The notes below the pieces were generated by a model. That model was not told where the DNA came from, made no database searches, and saw nothing but the letters and a program-made list of their open reading frames with translations. From Macrostomum lignano (taxonomy: Eukaryota): a DNA stretch of 64,000 nt. Of the stretch, positions 13,133 through 26,960 are shown piece after piece; position 1 is the first letter of the stretch, and the number at the start of each line of letters is the position of its first letter. Position numbers and translations under genes: made by a program. Location: contig NIVC01002648.1 of assembly GCA_002269645.1 (NCBI GenBank), forward strand, positions 1 to 64,000, in the 5' to 3' direction.

Positions 13133-13498
13133 GTCCTGGCCAGCCTGCCCGCCTGTCAGCAGCAGCAGCAGCAGCAGCAGAATCTGCCTCATCCGCAGAT
13201 GCTGCCGCAGTCCTCATCGCTACCGCCGGCCTCCGCGTTCAGCCATCCGCCGCCCGGCGTAGCCTCCTATCCGTCCTACCGGCCGCCGCCTCAGCAGCCT
13301 CCGCAGCAACATCAACGGTATCCGCATCCGCCTCCAGTGCTGCACAGGCCGCCGCCAACGGGTCCGCCCAGGCAGCGGCATCACCGGCCTCCAGGGCCAC
13401 CCGGCCAGCAGCAGCAGGCTCCGCGAGGCGTCTGTCGAGCCTGGTTTTCCACCGGCGAGTGCCGACGAACCGACTGCAGATTCCGGCACCAGATGTGA
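13133..13498 (+). CDS. PPP1R10: PNUTS coding exon 3: Pro/Gln-rich region plus C-terminal CCCH zinc finger
   Basis: Acceptor tatttcgcag. VLASLPACQQQ...CRAWFSTGECRRTDCRFRHQM*; a terminal C3H finger is typical of PNUTS. TGA at 13496-13498. Confidence 0.88.
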   Translation, partial: VLASLPACQQQQQQQQNLPHPQMLPQSSSLPPASAFSHPPPGVASYPSYRPPPQQPPQQHQRYPHPPPVLHRPPPTGPPRQRHHRPPGPPGQQQQAPRGVCRAWFSTGECRRTDCRFRHQM

Positions 13499-13867
13499 TG
13501 GTTGGATGGTTGCAAATCAGATTATTATTATTATTATTATTACTATTATTACTAGTATAGCTGTAGTTGCTAGTGTCGGTAGTGACTTTACACTGCTGCT
13601 GTGTGTCTGTATCACTCTCCATCTCCATCTGCACCTCCGAATGCCTCTCAGTGTGTTACAATATATTGTAATTCCGCCTGTCTGGCCGAGTATTAATTAG
13701 TTGTCCCTGAGAATTTGCGCTCCTCTTCTACTGTGTTTTTAACTGCTTCTCTCTGAGCCTTTCTTTGCGATTGATTAACTTTGTGCGTCTCTGAATTTTG
13801 TTTATTTAGCGTAGCAGCTACTTACAGTAGCTAGTAGGCGCGGTTATATTAAAATGCAAATCTATTC

Positions 13868-13877
13868 AATAAATAAA
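13868..13877 (+). promoter_or_regulatory. Candidate polyadenylation signal of PNUTS
   Basis: Overlapping AATAAATAAA about 370 nt after the stop codon. Confidence 0.5.
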
Positions 13878-14854
13878 CCAGTTTAGTAGTACAAGGCTAA
13901 CATGGTAAGTAAAATATGCGTGCAAAATTAAGTAAGTATGCCAATATATACAGGCACTTTTCAATGACTGTTTGTCACAATTTGTCCTTGCATATAAAAA
14001 TATAAACCCCAAAAAATCTTACATGATTTGTTTAACTGTATGCCTATTGAAATTTGCAATTGGCACTGGAATATAATCAGCGAGTACTTATCATTTAAAT
14101 TCTGTGTTGATTTTATTTAATTTGTTTGATTTTGAACCAACTGAAACTTACTGGCCTACTTAGTAGCAGACTGACAGTAGTGTCAAAACTCAACAGGGTG
14201 TTTTTAAATCCGGTATATTTCTGGCTGGAGATTTTTCTAGTGATTAGTCAATCAACATCTGTAGATTAGCCACAGTAATTTGGGGCATAGAAGCTCAAGA
14301 CGCACGTGGCGCGCTTTTACATGAATGTGCTCCTGTGCTCTGGAGTCAGCGAAATGGGCGCAATCAGCGCTGGCTGTGGGACCCTGTCGCCGAAGGACGC
14401 TCTCTACACTAATTTATATCCATCTAGCTCTCGTATATGTAACTTTGGGCGCTTATTCAACCCCACCAGGATACGGTCAGTGACACTGCCAATCAATCAC
14501 ATACTTATCAAGTGTCACGTACTCCAGCCTTTGCGCACCTAACAACTAAGAATTGTAGTATTTGTTGTCGGGTGTATTATGTAGAAACGTCCAGCGTTCA
14601 CGGTTGTGTGGCCTTCAAGTGAGCTGTTTGTGGTGTCCGCCAATTTGTAAGTCTTGAGGACCGCCAGCAGTTTTCAAGTATACAGTGACACTAATTAGTC
14701 TGAGGGTCTGCACTGAATTTCCACTGTTTTAATGAATACGTGTGTAGGACTGTCTTTAGCATCGGTTTGCAATCATTTTAATGAGGTTTTCCTGCTCTGA
14801 TTTAGAGGAATGCTGGCCTTCTCGATTCTTCATCGTTTCTTTTTGTCGGCGTAA

Positions 14855-15525
14855 ATTCCATTTTGGCACCACCGATTCTACATTGGCGCTGACGCTTCCA
14901 TTTTGGCGCCGTCGATTCCATTTTGGCGCCACCGATTTCATTTTGGTGCAACCAATTCTTTTTTGGCTCCAACCGATTCAATTTTGGCGCCATCGATTCC
15001 ATTTGGCGCCGTCGATTCCATTTTAGCGCCACTGATTCAATTTTGGCGCCGTCGATTTCATTTTAGCGCCACTGATTCAATTTTGGCGCCGTCGTTTCCA
15101 TTTTGGCGCCATCGATTCCATTTGGCGCCATCGATTCCATTTGGCGCCGTCGATTTCATTTTAGCGCCACTGATTCAATTTTGGCGCCGTCGATTCCGTT
15201 TTAGCGCCACTGATTCAATTTTGGCGCCATCGATTCCATTTGGCGCCGTCGATTTCATTTTAGCGCCACTGATTCAATTTTGGCGCCGTCGATTTCATTT
15301 TAGCGCCACTAATTCAATTTTGGCGCCGTCGTTTCCATTTTGGCGCCGTCGATTCCGTTTTAGCGCCACTGATTCAATTTTGGCGCCATCGATTCCATTT
15401 GGCGCCGTCGATTCCATTTTGGCGCCGTCGATTCCATTTTGGCGCCACTGATTCTTTTCTAGCGCCGTCAATTCTTTATTGGCGCCGTCGATTTTTTTCT
15501 GGCGCTACGATTTCCATTTTGGTGC
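14855..15525. repeat. About 19-20-bp minisatellite TTTTGGCGCCGTCGATTCCA
   Basis: Tandem units, each with a GGCGCC or AGCGCC core. Confidence 0.9.
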
Positions 15526-17231
15526 CGTCCTTTCTGTTTTCGTCCGAGCACTCTTCCATAGGTATGCTAGTATAAAATTACGTATTGCGTCGCCTTTCAC
15601 ACTTCAATTCTCTCCTTAATTAAGCTTCAGGGCAATACGATGGCTAATTGGTACGCATAGCAAAGCCAGCTTTATAAAAATGTCGCTTGACAAGCCGATA
15701 AAACCGTTGTCATCTTGTTGTCAAGGCTCGCGCGTCCTCGTTCAAATACCCGTGGAAAGAAAAACATGCCGCATAGATAAAGTATAAATCTTCGATGGAG
15801 ATTCTTCGAATTCGCCCGGTTTAAGCGGGATTGGTTGCGCAAACAATTATCGCATGAAAAGGTCTTCGGAACTGCAATTTACATGCGTGTGTGGGGCCTG
15901 ATGGGTTATTAAGATAACGGATAATCAAAGTCTTATACGTATAGTCTCTGTTTCTAGGCAGTTGCTAGGGTAGCCATAACATTGGATTGAAAGTTGGAAC
16001 CGTTGCGTACTTCAGGGCTGGCTACAAAATAAGTCTTCATTCAAATGCTGGGTTTTCAACTTTGAAGTTTTGCACTTCTCGCATGAAATAGATGAGTTTT
16101 TCCGCCAAACATAATCAAGTCTCTACCCACATCTCTCTGCCTGTACCATATTCTCTCTTTTTACCCCCATTTTCCTCTTCTCTCCCCCTCGATGTACTCT
16201 AACTCCTTATTCTCCTCTCCTTCCCCTTCTCTCTTCCCTTCTCTCTTCTCTTCCCTCTAATTCTCTCTCTTCTCTATTCTCTCTTCTCTATCTCTCCTCT
16301 TCTCTTATCTTTTCTTTCTCAACCCCTAATCTCTTCTCTCTTCTCTTTCCCTCTTCACCTCTCCTATCTGACCTCCCTATGCAGAACTTTACGTCTGTAG
16401 ATCTGTATTAATCAAACAACATACTCAAATGTACCATATATATTAGTAGATAAGAAACGTTACTAACTTAAACAGTAATAATAACACCTACAGAGCATGT
16501 ATTATGGCATTATAGCAACTATTTTTTTATTTTAATAAACATCGAATCATTGTCGAGTCAGCAGGCTTTGCACCCGATCGAGACTGTTGGTTACAGCATT
16601 GCTGGTCGAAGGTTTTTTGATAGCAAAAAATAAAAGAAAATGTTTACAAATTCTATACAATAGAAGTGGAGCTAGCGACAAATAGCAGTTATTATAAAAA
16701 CTCACAGGCAATGCAGCAATACACTACACTATAACTATAAACAACAATAAATAATAATGCTACAATGCATGTTATTCAATAAGCATTCGATAGTAGCTAG
16801 CTGGCTACCAGCTATACGAGCGTACATCAAAACAACTAACTTAGCTATAACAAAATAGAAACTTATAAATACAGACAAATAGCTAAATAAATAAATAAAT
16901 AAACAAATAAACTTACAACAAATTAACAGACTCAAAAAAACTGATTGAAATAGAAGAATAGGGTATTTCCGCATGGATACTACTACATTAAATAGTACAG
17001 TACAGAACTGCCATTACTATACCAAATAAAAAATAAAACAGTCAATACAACCAGTTAAAATATTTTAGCAAACCATAGCATGCATAGTTAATGGAGCAGA
17101 CTGGATAATTTCCACAATAGATAGCTGGTGAAAAATGCGCGACTTTTTAAAACAAATTGGTTTTCTGAGAAATGCCAGGACCTGTGAAGATAAAAAGTTA
17201 CTTTTGTAACAGTTCTAGAAATGCTGTGGGC

Positions 17232-18197
17232 ATGGCAGAGCAGGCGGGGCTCCGAGCAGCGAGGCGTCCTGTCCGTGGCTCAGCAGCTCCTCGTTCTGCA
17301 GGAACAAGTTGAACACCTCGGGGCTCAGCTTGGTTGCCGGGTCGTCAGGACTCGGAGGGATCACAGTCGGCGGCTGCTGTGCCACCAGATCGTCCAAGTA
17401 GGTCACCGCGTACAGAATGTAGCCGCCATGAGCGCAGGGCACCACGATGACGTCATCCTTGCTGAGCAGGGCCAGCACCTCTTCGATTGATGAGGCTCTG
17501 GGAGGCTGGCCACGTCCTCCTTGCTGGCAAGAAGCTGCAGGTCCTTCAAGCCGGGCTGGCACCACCTGGCAGCCGCAGGCTTCTGGCCGCTGGGGGAGGC
17601 TGCACCACCAGCTGAGCTGCGAGATGAAGCTGAGAAGGCGGACACGTATGATGAGGATGAGGCACCGGAGGAGTCTGAGGATGAGGATCCGGTCAGGGAG
17701 CAGGGCGATGATCGCTGCGTATCATCTGGTGAGGTCGCGGACTCGTGCTTCAGTTTTTGGTCATCGTTGAGCACAGTGAGAGCGCTGGAGATGGCGGGGA
17801 ACAGACCGAGCAGATCCCGATCAGCTGATTCCCAAGTGCTCAGCTCAAAGATTCGCTCGTCAGCGTGTCTGCCAAGCCGCTTGATGAGATGCGACTCGGC
17901 TTTGCTGAACTGCTCGAATGGAGTCACTGCGGCTGGCATCGTGCAGGCAGAGATGCTGAAGTTAGCAGGGCTTTGGTGAAACTGCAGGTCAAACACCGTT
18001 GATGCTCTGTGCTTACTGGCAGCCTTTGGCCTTGGTGTAATTTGGAAGCCTTCGCTCGGATCGCAACTTTAATAGCCCTGCCCGCGCCCTCTGCCTGGGG
18101 GAGAGAGAGCGATTTTGGAACAGCGCGCCTGCCTGCCCTCCAACCCCCACCCCCATGGATCCGCCCAGCCAATGGGCGCGCGACCTGGCTGGCGGCC
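17232..18197 (-). repeat. Dispersed 966-bp cassette, copy A (CCAAT/GC/TATA-like motifs plus orphan ORFs); inverted copy at 62128-63093
   Basis: Hand alignment to 62128-63093 gave about 15 substitutions and no indels. ORFs 17403-17996 and 17215-17565 match 62329-62922 and 62676-63128. Confidence 0.9.
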
Positions 18198-18338
18198 GCC
18201 CATCACCCTCCCATTCTCCTCGGACTTTCTGCACTCTGAACTTGAACTTGGTCATTCAGAATTGGCGTTGGCGTTAACTCACTGGCCTGACTCGTCTCAG
18301 TCACTCGGACCGACATTGCGAAGGGTTCCACTAATTTA

Positions 18339-18468
18339 AGGCTCGTTCACACTGCCATCAAATAATACCAAATTAGGTTTGATCACACAATTTATACATC
18401 AAATTTGATTCCTTTGTAAATTGGTCGTGTGATTTGGTGGCTCGTTTGATGGCATTGTGAATGAGCCT
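18339..18468. mobile_element. 130-bp PIF/Harbinger-type MITE with TTA target-site duplication
   Basis: TIRs AGGCTCGTTCACACTGCCATCAAA and (rc) AGGCTCATTCACAATGCCATCAAA; TTA at 18336-18338 and 18469-18471. Confidence 0.85.
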
Positions 18469-18636
18469 TTAGCCCTACTCTTTCTGACCTTATGAACTGG
18501 GGGCCGGGAGGACGTGCAGAAAATAAATAATAATAGTATTTGATCGCTACACTGTATTGTTTCTACTTTTGACACGGATAGACTCAGACTTACACATCTA
18601 CAATAGTATTGAGCATAGAGCCACAGTATGCAGCCT

Positions 18637-20803
18637 CTGACATAATATAGAGTCGGGATCTGACACAATATAGAGTCGGGATCTGACATAATATAGAGTC
18701 GGGATCTGACATAATATATAGAGTCAGGATCTGACACAATATAGAGTCGGGATCTGACACAATTTAGAGTCGGGATCTGACACAATTTAGAGTCGGGATC
18801 TGACACAATATAGAGTCGGGATCTGACATAGTATAGAGTCGGGATCTGACATAGTATAGATTCGGGATCTGACACAATATAGAGTCGGGATCTGACACAA
18901 TATAGAATCGGGATCTGACACAATATAGAGTCGGGATCTGACATAGTATAGATTCGGGATCTGACACAATATAGAGTCGGGATCTGACACAATATAGAGT
19001 CGGGATCTGACACAATATAGAGTCGGGATCTGACACAATATAGAGTCGGGATCTGACATAGTATAGATTCGGGATCTGACACAATATAGAGTCGGGATCT
19101 GACACAATATAGAGTCGGGATCTGACACAATATAGAATCGGGATCTGACACAATATAGAGTCGGGATCTGACACAATATAGAGTCGGGATCTGACACAAT
19201 ATGGAGTCGGGATCTGACACAATATAGAGTCGGGATCTGACACAATATAGAGTCGGGATCTGACACAATATAGAGTCGGGATCTGACACAGTATAGAGTC
19301 GGGATCTGACACAATATAGAGTCAGGATCTGACACAATATAGAGTCGGGATCTGACACAATATAGAGTCGGGATCTGACAAAGTATAGAGTCGGGATCTG
19401 ACACAATATAGAGTCAGGATCTGACACAATATAGAGTCGGGATCTGACACAATTTAGAGTGGGGGATCTGACATAGTATAGAGTCGGGATCTGACATAAT
19501 ATAGAGTCGGGGTCTGACAGTATAGAGTCGGAGTCTGACACATTATAGAGTCGGGATCTAACATAGTATAGAGTCGGGATCTGACATAGTATAGATTCGA
19601 GATCTGACACAATATAGAGTCGGGATCTGACACAATATAGAGTCGGGATCTGACACAATATAGAGTCGGGATCTGACATAGTATAGATTCGGGATCTGAC
19701 ACAATATAGAGTCGGGATCTGACACAATATAGAGTCGGGATCTGACACAATATAGAGTCGGGATCTGACACAGTATAGAGTCGGGATCTGACACAATATA
19801 GAGTCAGGATCTGACACAATATAGAGTCGGGATCTGACACAATTTAGAGTCGGGATCTGACACAATTTAGAGTCAGGATCTGACATAGTATAGATTCGGG
19901 ATCTGACACAATATAGAGTCGGGATCTGACACAATATAGAGTCGGGATCTGACACAATATAGAGTCGGGATCTGACATAATATAGAGTCGGGATCTGACA
20001 CAATATAGAGTCGGGATCTGACATAATATAGAGTCGGGATCTGACACAATATAGAGTCGGGATCTGACACAATATAGAGTCGGGATCTGACACAATTTAG
20101 AGTCGGGATCTGACACAATATAGAGTCGGGATCTGACACAATATAGAGTCGGGATCTGACACAATATAGAGTCGGGATCTGACATAATATAGAGTCGGGA
20201 TCTGACACAATATAGAGTCGGGATCTGACACAATATAGAGTCGGGATCTGACACAATATAGAGTCGGGATCTGACACAATATAGAGTCGGGATCTGACAC
20301 AATATAGAGTCGGGATCTGACAAAGTATAGAGTCGGGATCTGACACAATATAGAGTCGGGATCTGACACAATATAGAGTCGGGATCTGACATAGTATAGA
20401 TTCGGGATCTGACACAATATAGAGTCGGGATCTGACACAATATAGAGTCGGGATCTGACACAATATAGAGTCGGGATCTGACACAATATAGAGTCGGGAT
20501 CTGACACAATATAGAGTCGGGATCTGACACAATATAGAGTCGGGATCTGACACAATATAGAGTCGGGATCTGACATAGTATAGATTCGGGATCTGACACA
20601 ATATAGAGTCGGGATCTGACACAATTTAGAGTCGGGATCTGACACAATATAGAGTCGGGATCTGACACAATATAGAGTCGGGATCTGACACAATATAGAG
20701 TCGGGATCTGACACAATATAGAGTCGGGATCTGACACAATATAGAGTCGGGATCTGACACAATATAGAGTCGGGATCTGACACAATATAGAGTCGGGATC
20801 TGA
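18637..20803. repeat. 23-bp minisatellite ACACAATATAGAGTCGGGATCTG
   Basis: About 94 units; source of all the SDPDSILCQIPTL ORFs. Confidence 0.97.
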
Positions 20804-21264
20804 CTCTATAGATTTAAAGTCTAGTAAAGTGTGTGACTTTTGAATGACAGATCTTAATTGTGATTTAAAACTGCATGGGTTTGTTTTAACATCTTAGATT
20901 TATATTAGCCATACATTTAGCTGCATTTGCAATTCGGTATATATGTATGCAGGCATGCAATTATAGAATCGCATCTGAAATCCTTGACTGCACATTGAAC
21001 AGGTGTCTATACCAGCTGGGTAAGGGGTTGCCACAATCTATATAGGAAAGCTTTTAAGTATAATATAGAATCGCAAGCCCCAAAATTGAATAATTAGTTA
21101 AGTCTTAAAGGTTCTCTAATAGGTTTCACCTGTAATTAAACCTGTATTTCGTCTACTTAGGCACAATCGCTTCGCTTGCCCAGTACATAATAAACCCTAG
21201 AATCAGGAATAATTTCTTAGAAGCGAATCCAACCCTCTAAAAGTTTTTTGGTCTTCCTACTCTT

Positions 21265-22172
21265 CCATAAACCAAGTTTGCATCTCATAAACCAATTTGG
21301 CGGCTCATAAACCACTTTGATCTTCCATAAACCAATTTGGCGGCTCATAAACCCCTTTTGTCTTCCATAAACCAATTTGGCGGCTCATAAACCCCTTTTG
21401 TCTTCCATAAACCAATTTGGCGGCTCATAAACCACTTTGATCTTCCATAAACCAATTTGGCGGCTCATAAACCACTTTGATCTTCCATAAACCAATTTGG
21501 CGGCTCATAAACCCCTTTGATCTTCCATAAACCAATTTGGCGGCTCATAAACCACTTTGATCTTCCATAAACCAATTTGGCGGCTCATAAACCCCTTTTG
21601 TCTTCCATAAACCAATTTGGCGGCTCATAAACCACTTTGATCTTCCATAAACCAATTTGGCGGCTCATAAACCACTTTGATCTTCCATAAACCAATTTGG
21701 CGGCTCATAAACCACTTTGATCTTCCATAAACCAATTTGACGGCTCATAAACCACTTTGATCTTCCATAAACCAATTTGACGGCTCATAAACCACTTTGA
21801 TCTTCCATAAACCAATTTGGCGGCTCATAAACCCCTTTGATCTTCCATAAACCAATTTGACGGCTCATAAACCCCTTTGGTCGTCCATAAACCAATTTGG
21901 CAGCTCATAAACCACTTTGATCTTCCATAAACCAATTTGGCGGCTTATAAACCCCTTTGATCTTCCATAAACCAATTTGACGGCTCAGAAACCCCTTTGG
22001 TCGTCCATAAACCAATTTGGCGGCTCATAAACCCCTTTGGTCTTCCATAAACCAATTTGGCGGCTCATAAACCCCTTTGGTCTTCCATAAACCAATTTGG
22101 CGGCTCATAAACCACTTTGATCTTCCATAAACCAATTTGACGGCTCATAAACCCCTTTGGTCTTCCATAAAC
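21265..22172. repeat. 40-bp minisatellite ATAAACCAATTTGGCGGCTC-ATAAACCACTTTGATCTTCC (two related 20-mers)
   Basis: About 22 units with alternating 20-bp halves. Confidence 0.95.
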
Positions 22173-22899
22173 TGGCGTCTCACAAACTTGATCAGTGCAG
22201 TGCCCTAATATATATTAAAAGTCAAAATGCCTCGAGATAAACACAGCTCAGAGCCCAATTTTGAGGTGTTTCGGGTGATAAAGGTAGCCAGGCGTCAAAA
22301 TCTCGGGAGAAACACTGAAACAATTCAAGGTAAATTTGATTTACTACGCTCGTATTATGTAGCCATATAAAATTGACCGTCTGTTTTAAACAGTAATTTT
22401 ATTTAGACTGAAATCGCACATCTGCTGCAAACTCTAATGATAATATTGCATAGGCTTGCGTAACTTATGAATAGAATACCTGTGCAATATTATAGCCCCT
22501 TGGGATGCTTGGTTCCTTAACGTGTAAACACACTGAGGTGCGAATTCTCGGCATTGCCTGTGGTGTGTGGAACAATGGCACCAACAACAGATCTTCGCTA
22601 ACTATAAATGCATCAAAATTGATTGCGTCATTGTCACCAATGCAACTTCTTCCAGCTGTATATACGGTAGATTGGAGCTTGTGTATTTTTTCAACAAAAA
22701 TTTAGCACCTTTCAATATCCTCGCATAAGGCAGAATTAGCAGTTCTGTTATAGTAAATAGAATAATAGGACCAATAGTTCACGGTCATATTGTTTAGGCG
22801 CAAGAAGTATTTAGCATGAAGCATTAGCATGAATGTGCCAAGCAAAATGTGCACTGAAAGATACTTGTACGTAATTGTATAGATTGTTTAAAATGTATA

Positions 22900-23500
22900 G
22901 AAAAGTGCAAAATTGGGTTCCTGCAGGGAGTACAAAAGTTTTTGCAGGAGCCTTCAGGAGTACGCAAGAATGCAAGAAGCGTCAAGTCAAAAATACTAGA
23001 AGTGTAATTTAAAAGTGTTTATGTCTTAATTGAGATGTCAAGGTTGGGGGGGATTGCTGAGATATCCGGAGAGTAAGGGGTGGGTGCGAGAGCAGCTCAA
23101 AAATTTGCCTGAGCCTCGATCGTCTCCTCTGTCGTCTTGGCCGCGTGGGGACGTGCGTTGTCGTGGTGCAAAAGGTACGGCTTCTCACCTGACCGACGCT
23201 TGTTCTGGATGTCCGACTTGAGTTTCTGATGATGATGATCTCTTGGAGTGCTTGTCGCGGTGAGCCTTGACCAGGGGATTGGATCCTCTTCTCGCCCAAA
23301 CACGGCGTCTCATCCCTTGTTTCAGGGTCAAAAATGGGATCCAGGTTTCATCCCTAGATATCGTCAGATTGGCATCCCTCGAGCGCTCTAAATTACAAAA
23401 CATAATTTTACCATAAAAAGTCAGTATAATTGGAAATGTATCTTGCATTTCGCCTGTACTACTAAGAAATTCACTCATTGGAAGCAGAAAGTCTTCACGC
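22900..23500 (-). mobile_element. Degenerate mariner transposase fragment
   Basis: RDETW, LLHHDNARPHAAK, and in a shifted frame HP...PYSPDIS; multiple frameshifts, no clear TIR pair. Confidence 0.8.
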
Positions 23501-24329
23501 ATGAAAGACGCAAAAGTTAACGATTTGAAACGTCATTTTAAAACTCGATTTCCAAGAACTTGTACGACAATTGTGTACGTCTTTAAAGACTACAATATTA
23601 GCTAACTCATGCACTGCAACCACACCGACAGGCAAAGTTAAAGTAAGTTTCTCAAAGAACAGGACCAATTATGATATATTTTTGTTAGTACAGAAAGTGA
23701 TGTGGCATATAATAAATAAATTCTTCAAGTCTATTTGAGGTAGATAATGCCAATGCAATGGTTTTTTTTACGATAGAATAGAGATAGAGGTTATAGAGCA
23801 GGCTTGAGGCCTCCAGATTCAGTTTTAAAAATAGTTTGTTTTATCTTTAACTTGTTTTGTTTTTTTGTAAAATATTTTTGGCTCAATCAGTTAAATCTAA
23901 ATTTTACTATAGTCAAAGATAAAAAATCTGGACCATACCATATACTAGGTCTATGATCTATCTATCAGTATCAGTCTAGATCTATGCTATGCCTATGCCT
24001 AGATCACTAGATGCTACATGCTTTAGTAAAAATAGAGCAATAAGAGTAATAGTTTCTTTGTTAGAATTCTATTTTTTAACATTTACATAAACCTAAAAGT
24101 TGAAACCTGGCTTGGATTTTTAGCAAAATTTCATAGACCCTAGTTTAGATCCTTTAGTTATAATGGTGTAGGGCTTAGTAGCAGGCTAGTAGCCAAGGTT
24201 GTCTACAGCTCAAAAACCTTTCAAAATATTAAAAATAACTTCTGTTGGTTTGAATTGTGTGCTCCTAGGTAGCAGCTAGGCAACTTCTGGATGCTGTCAG
24301 CAGGGCCAGATTTATATAGGCCCTAGGTC

Positions 24330-25112
24330 TTTTGCAATGCAGCTAACCTCACTAAACACAGTAAACAGGTTATCTAGGCGGGTGCAGCCCATTTCAATGA
24401 AGGAATTCTTTGGTGAAAGTGAATTTTTAGTTTAAAATATGGGCCTAGGTTGAAACCATCTAGACAATGGAAACAACACCTTGGAACTAGTTTTTAAGCT
24501 TTGGGAAAGGTCAAAATCATAAAGACTGAGGACTGACCCACCTGGCTATGACCTTCTGCAGTCTAAGATCTTGGATAAGGATCTAATGCACACTTGACAA
24601 GGGAATTCCATAGAATAGCTCTGTTATTCCTTTGCATTTCCAATGGTGATCAATGTTTAGCAGCCTCTGGATAAATTCAATGTTTAAATCTATGCAAGTT
24701 TCCTTTAGCCTTCCAAATTGTGGATCATCCTTGACATCAAAGCAGCTATTCTTGAATTTACTGTACTAGTTGTACATAGCTTACTGGCTTATCCTATTTG
24801 GCCCATGAGCTTGTAGCAACTGATGATGAACTTGAGCTGCAGGGACACCACAAAGGCATTCTGTTTTATTATAAGAGTGCTGCTCCAAGTTCAACAGAAA
24901 TTCTGATCAATCATTGTTAGCCAATGTTTAATTTAATATCTCACAAAATGTTCTTTAGAAAATAGCATTTGACAACTAGAATGCTAAAAACTTACTCAGA
25001 CATCCAAATTCCAAAATATGTTCATCTTTATTGTGGTCTAAGTGCTATAGTCCCAGAAGTTGTATATGGCACAAAACCATTCAATTGTTGAAACTTTTGG
25101 ATGACCCTTGTA
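24330..25112 (-). mobile_element. Old internally deleted mariner
   Basis: rc translation AAQVHHQLLQAHGP...FKNSCFDVKDDPQFGR...LSSVH*ILIQDLRLQKVIARWV joined directly to YDFDLFPKLK. TIR-like end TACAAGGGTCATCCAAAAGTTTCA (rc) at about 25089-25112. Confidence 0.65.
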
Positions 25113-26622
25113 TATATGTAAATTTATCATCTTTAAATGTAATTAAATAACTAAAACATCATATTAAACATAGATATTAGGCCTATTCAATAGGTAGGCC
25201 TATTTATAGCTATAATATTATCAAGTTAAGTATATTAATAGAAATTTTAAAATGCAATGTAATAGTATTAGTAAAACTAATAGCTTTTAGTCATATTGAA
25301 ATTAAATTCAAGACTAAGTAAGTGTCATTATTCTTTAGAATTATAAATATATTTAATCTATAATAATAATGACCTTTGCATTGATATTTATTATAACAGG
25401 GAAAGTACTATACAGTATAGTCACATTGAATAAAGTTACTATTTATGATCAGCAAAGATTTTTTGATGCCTTATCATAAGTATGAAAATATATTGTTAGA
25501 TACAAAAAATGGCTATAGATATAAAAAATTGACATAGCATTAAAAAGCAATATATTCTTTATGTTTATCAGTCTAACATACAGTCCAATTTTAAAGTACA
25601 AGGGTTGTCCTAGAAATAGTGGGAAAAACTGGTATAGAGGCTGACTGTGATATTTGAATTTGGTGCAACTTGCATCATAAGTTGAAAAAATCCAACAGTT
25701 GTTTTGCTTTTTAAATATGATAAAAATGTCAATTCATTCGAAGTTTGTGCCTGTAAATATTCGGTATTTGGTATTCGGTATTCAGTATTTGATATTCAGT
25801 ATTTGGTATTCATTATTCAGAAAGTTTATATATAAATATTTGGTATTCAGATTTGGTAAAATCTGATATTTGTTCCATCTCTAATAAATAATATTGAAAC
25901 TATGACTAAAAATTTGCAAGATGATATAAGTCATAGATAAATGCAAAAAACATTAAAAATTATTTGGTTACTACTATATGCCTATGCACTATACTAGAGA
26001 TAGCTTGTATATAGCTAACCCCAAGAGTTAAAAACTCATATAACACTTACAACAAATGCAAAAAATCCATGAATTATTACTGTAGCATTCAATATCTAAT
26101 ATCGTCCTAATAAATTCTTTGACTTTTTTTAAAAAGTCATTTTATCTATCAATTAACTAAAAGATGGCAAGGTGGAAAAAAGAAGAATCTAGCTTAGTCT
26201 AGGCTTGACCAAGTCCCAAACTTGAGGTCATATTTGAGAGGAATCCCCAATAATTTATGGACTCATCTGCAATGAATATCATTGTTTTATGACATATAGT
26301 TTTTGTTGTTTTTAGTTAAGCAGATAAAACTTACACCAATATATGTAAGTATATAATTTAAACATGTACTAATGAATAATAACTTTACAGCATTTGCTTT
26401 ATTCTACAAAGTATCTAATTGGAGACCTGTAAATATTTTTAATTATTTAATGCTTTAAATAATATCAACTTCAGTGACTGTTCAGGAAACTGTCTGTTCT
26501 ATACTCGGAAGTTCGAGTTACAAGCAGTACTCGCTTTAACTAGTGCTGTTGGTGGCACTGTACTGAAGATCTCATTTTCTGATTTCGTCAACACACCTAG
26601 TGGAAAGTGTTTAAATCAGACC

Positions 26623-26758
26623 ATGTCACAGAGGCAGCAACAACAGTCCACTGCTTCCACAGCTGATGATGAACCAGCCGAGTCCCAGAATCTTGTCGAC
26701 TATTTTTATGTTGTTGGCTTGGATCTGGAGATGGGACTGGAGCACTTCAATGCCACAG
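26623..26758 (+). CDS. DENND5: DENND5/Rab6IP1 exon 1 (start of uDENN)
   Basis: ATG at 26623; MSQRQQQQ...LVDYFYVVGLDLEMGLE (human FADYFVICGLDTETGLE); donor G/GTAGGA, phase 1. Confidence 0.85.
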
Positions 26759-26960
26759 GTAGGAGGGCTGGGTAATTTGTCAGGGCAGCTCAGGGGGGGG
26801 GAGTTGTGCGATTCACAGCCATGAGTGCCAACCCTGTGAGATTCGAACTGACAGTGTAGTGTAGGGTAGTGTAGTGTTTCTTGGAAAATCTTTCCATATT
26901 TGGCGCTTTAAATCTTGCCTGAAAGAGACTAGAATAAATAAACAATTTCTGTACCAACAG

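Noticed and set aside
18399-20785. Long Cys-rich ORFs (up to 564 aa)
   Set aside because: Translations of a 23-bp array that is open in several frames; no unique domain.
22480-22740. LINE (CR1/L2-like) remnant on the minus strand (FVEKIHKLQ...VSED)
   Set aside because: The resemblance is too short and lacks RT core motifs; needs a profile search.
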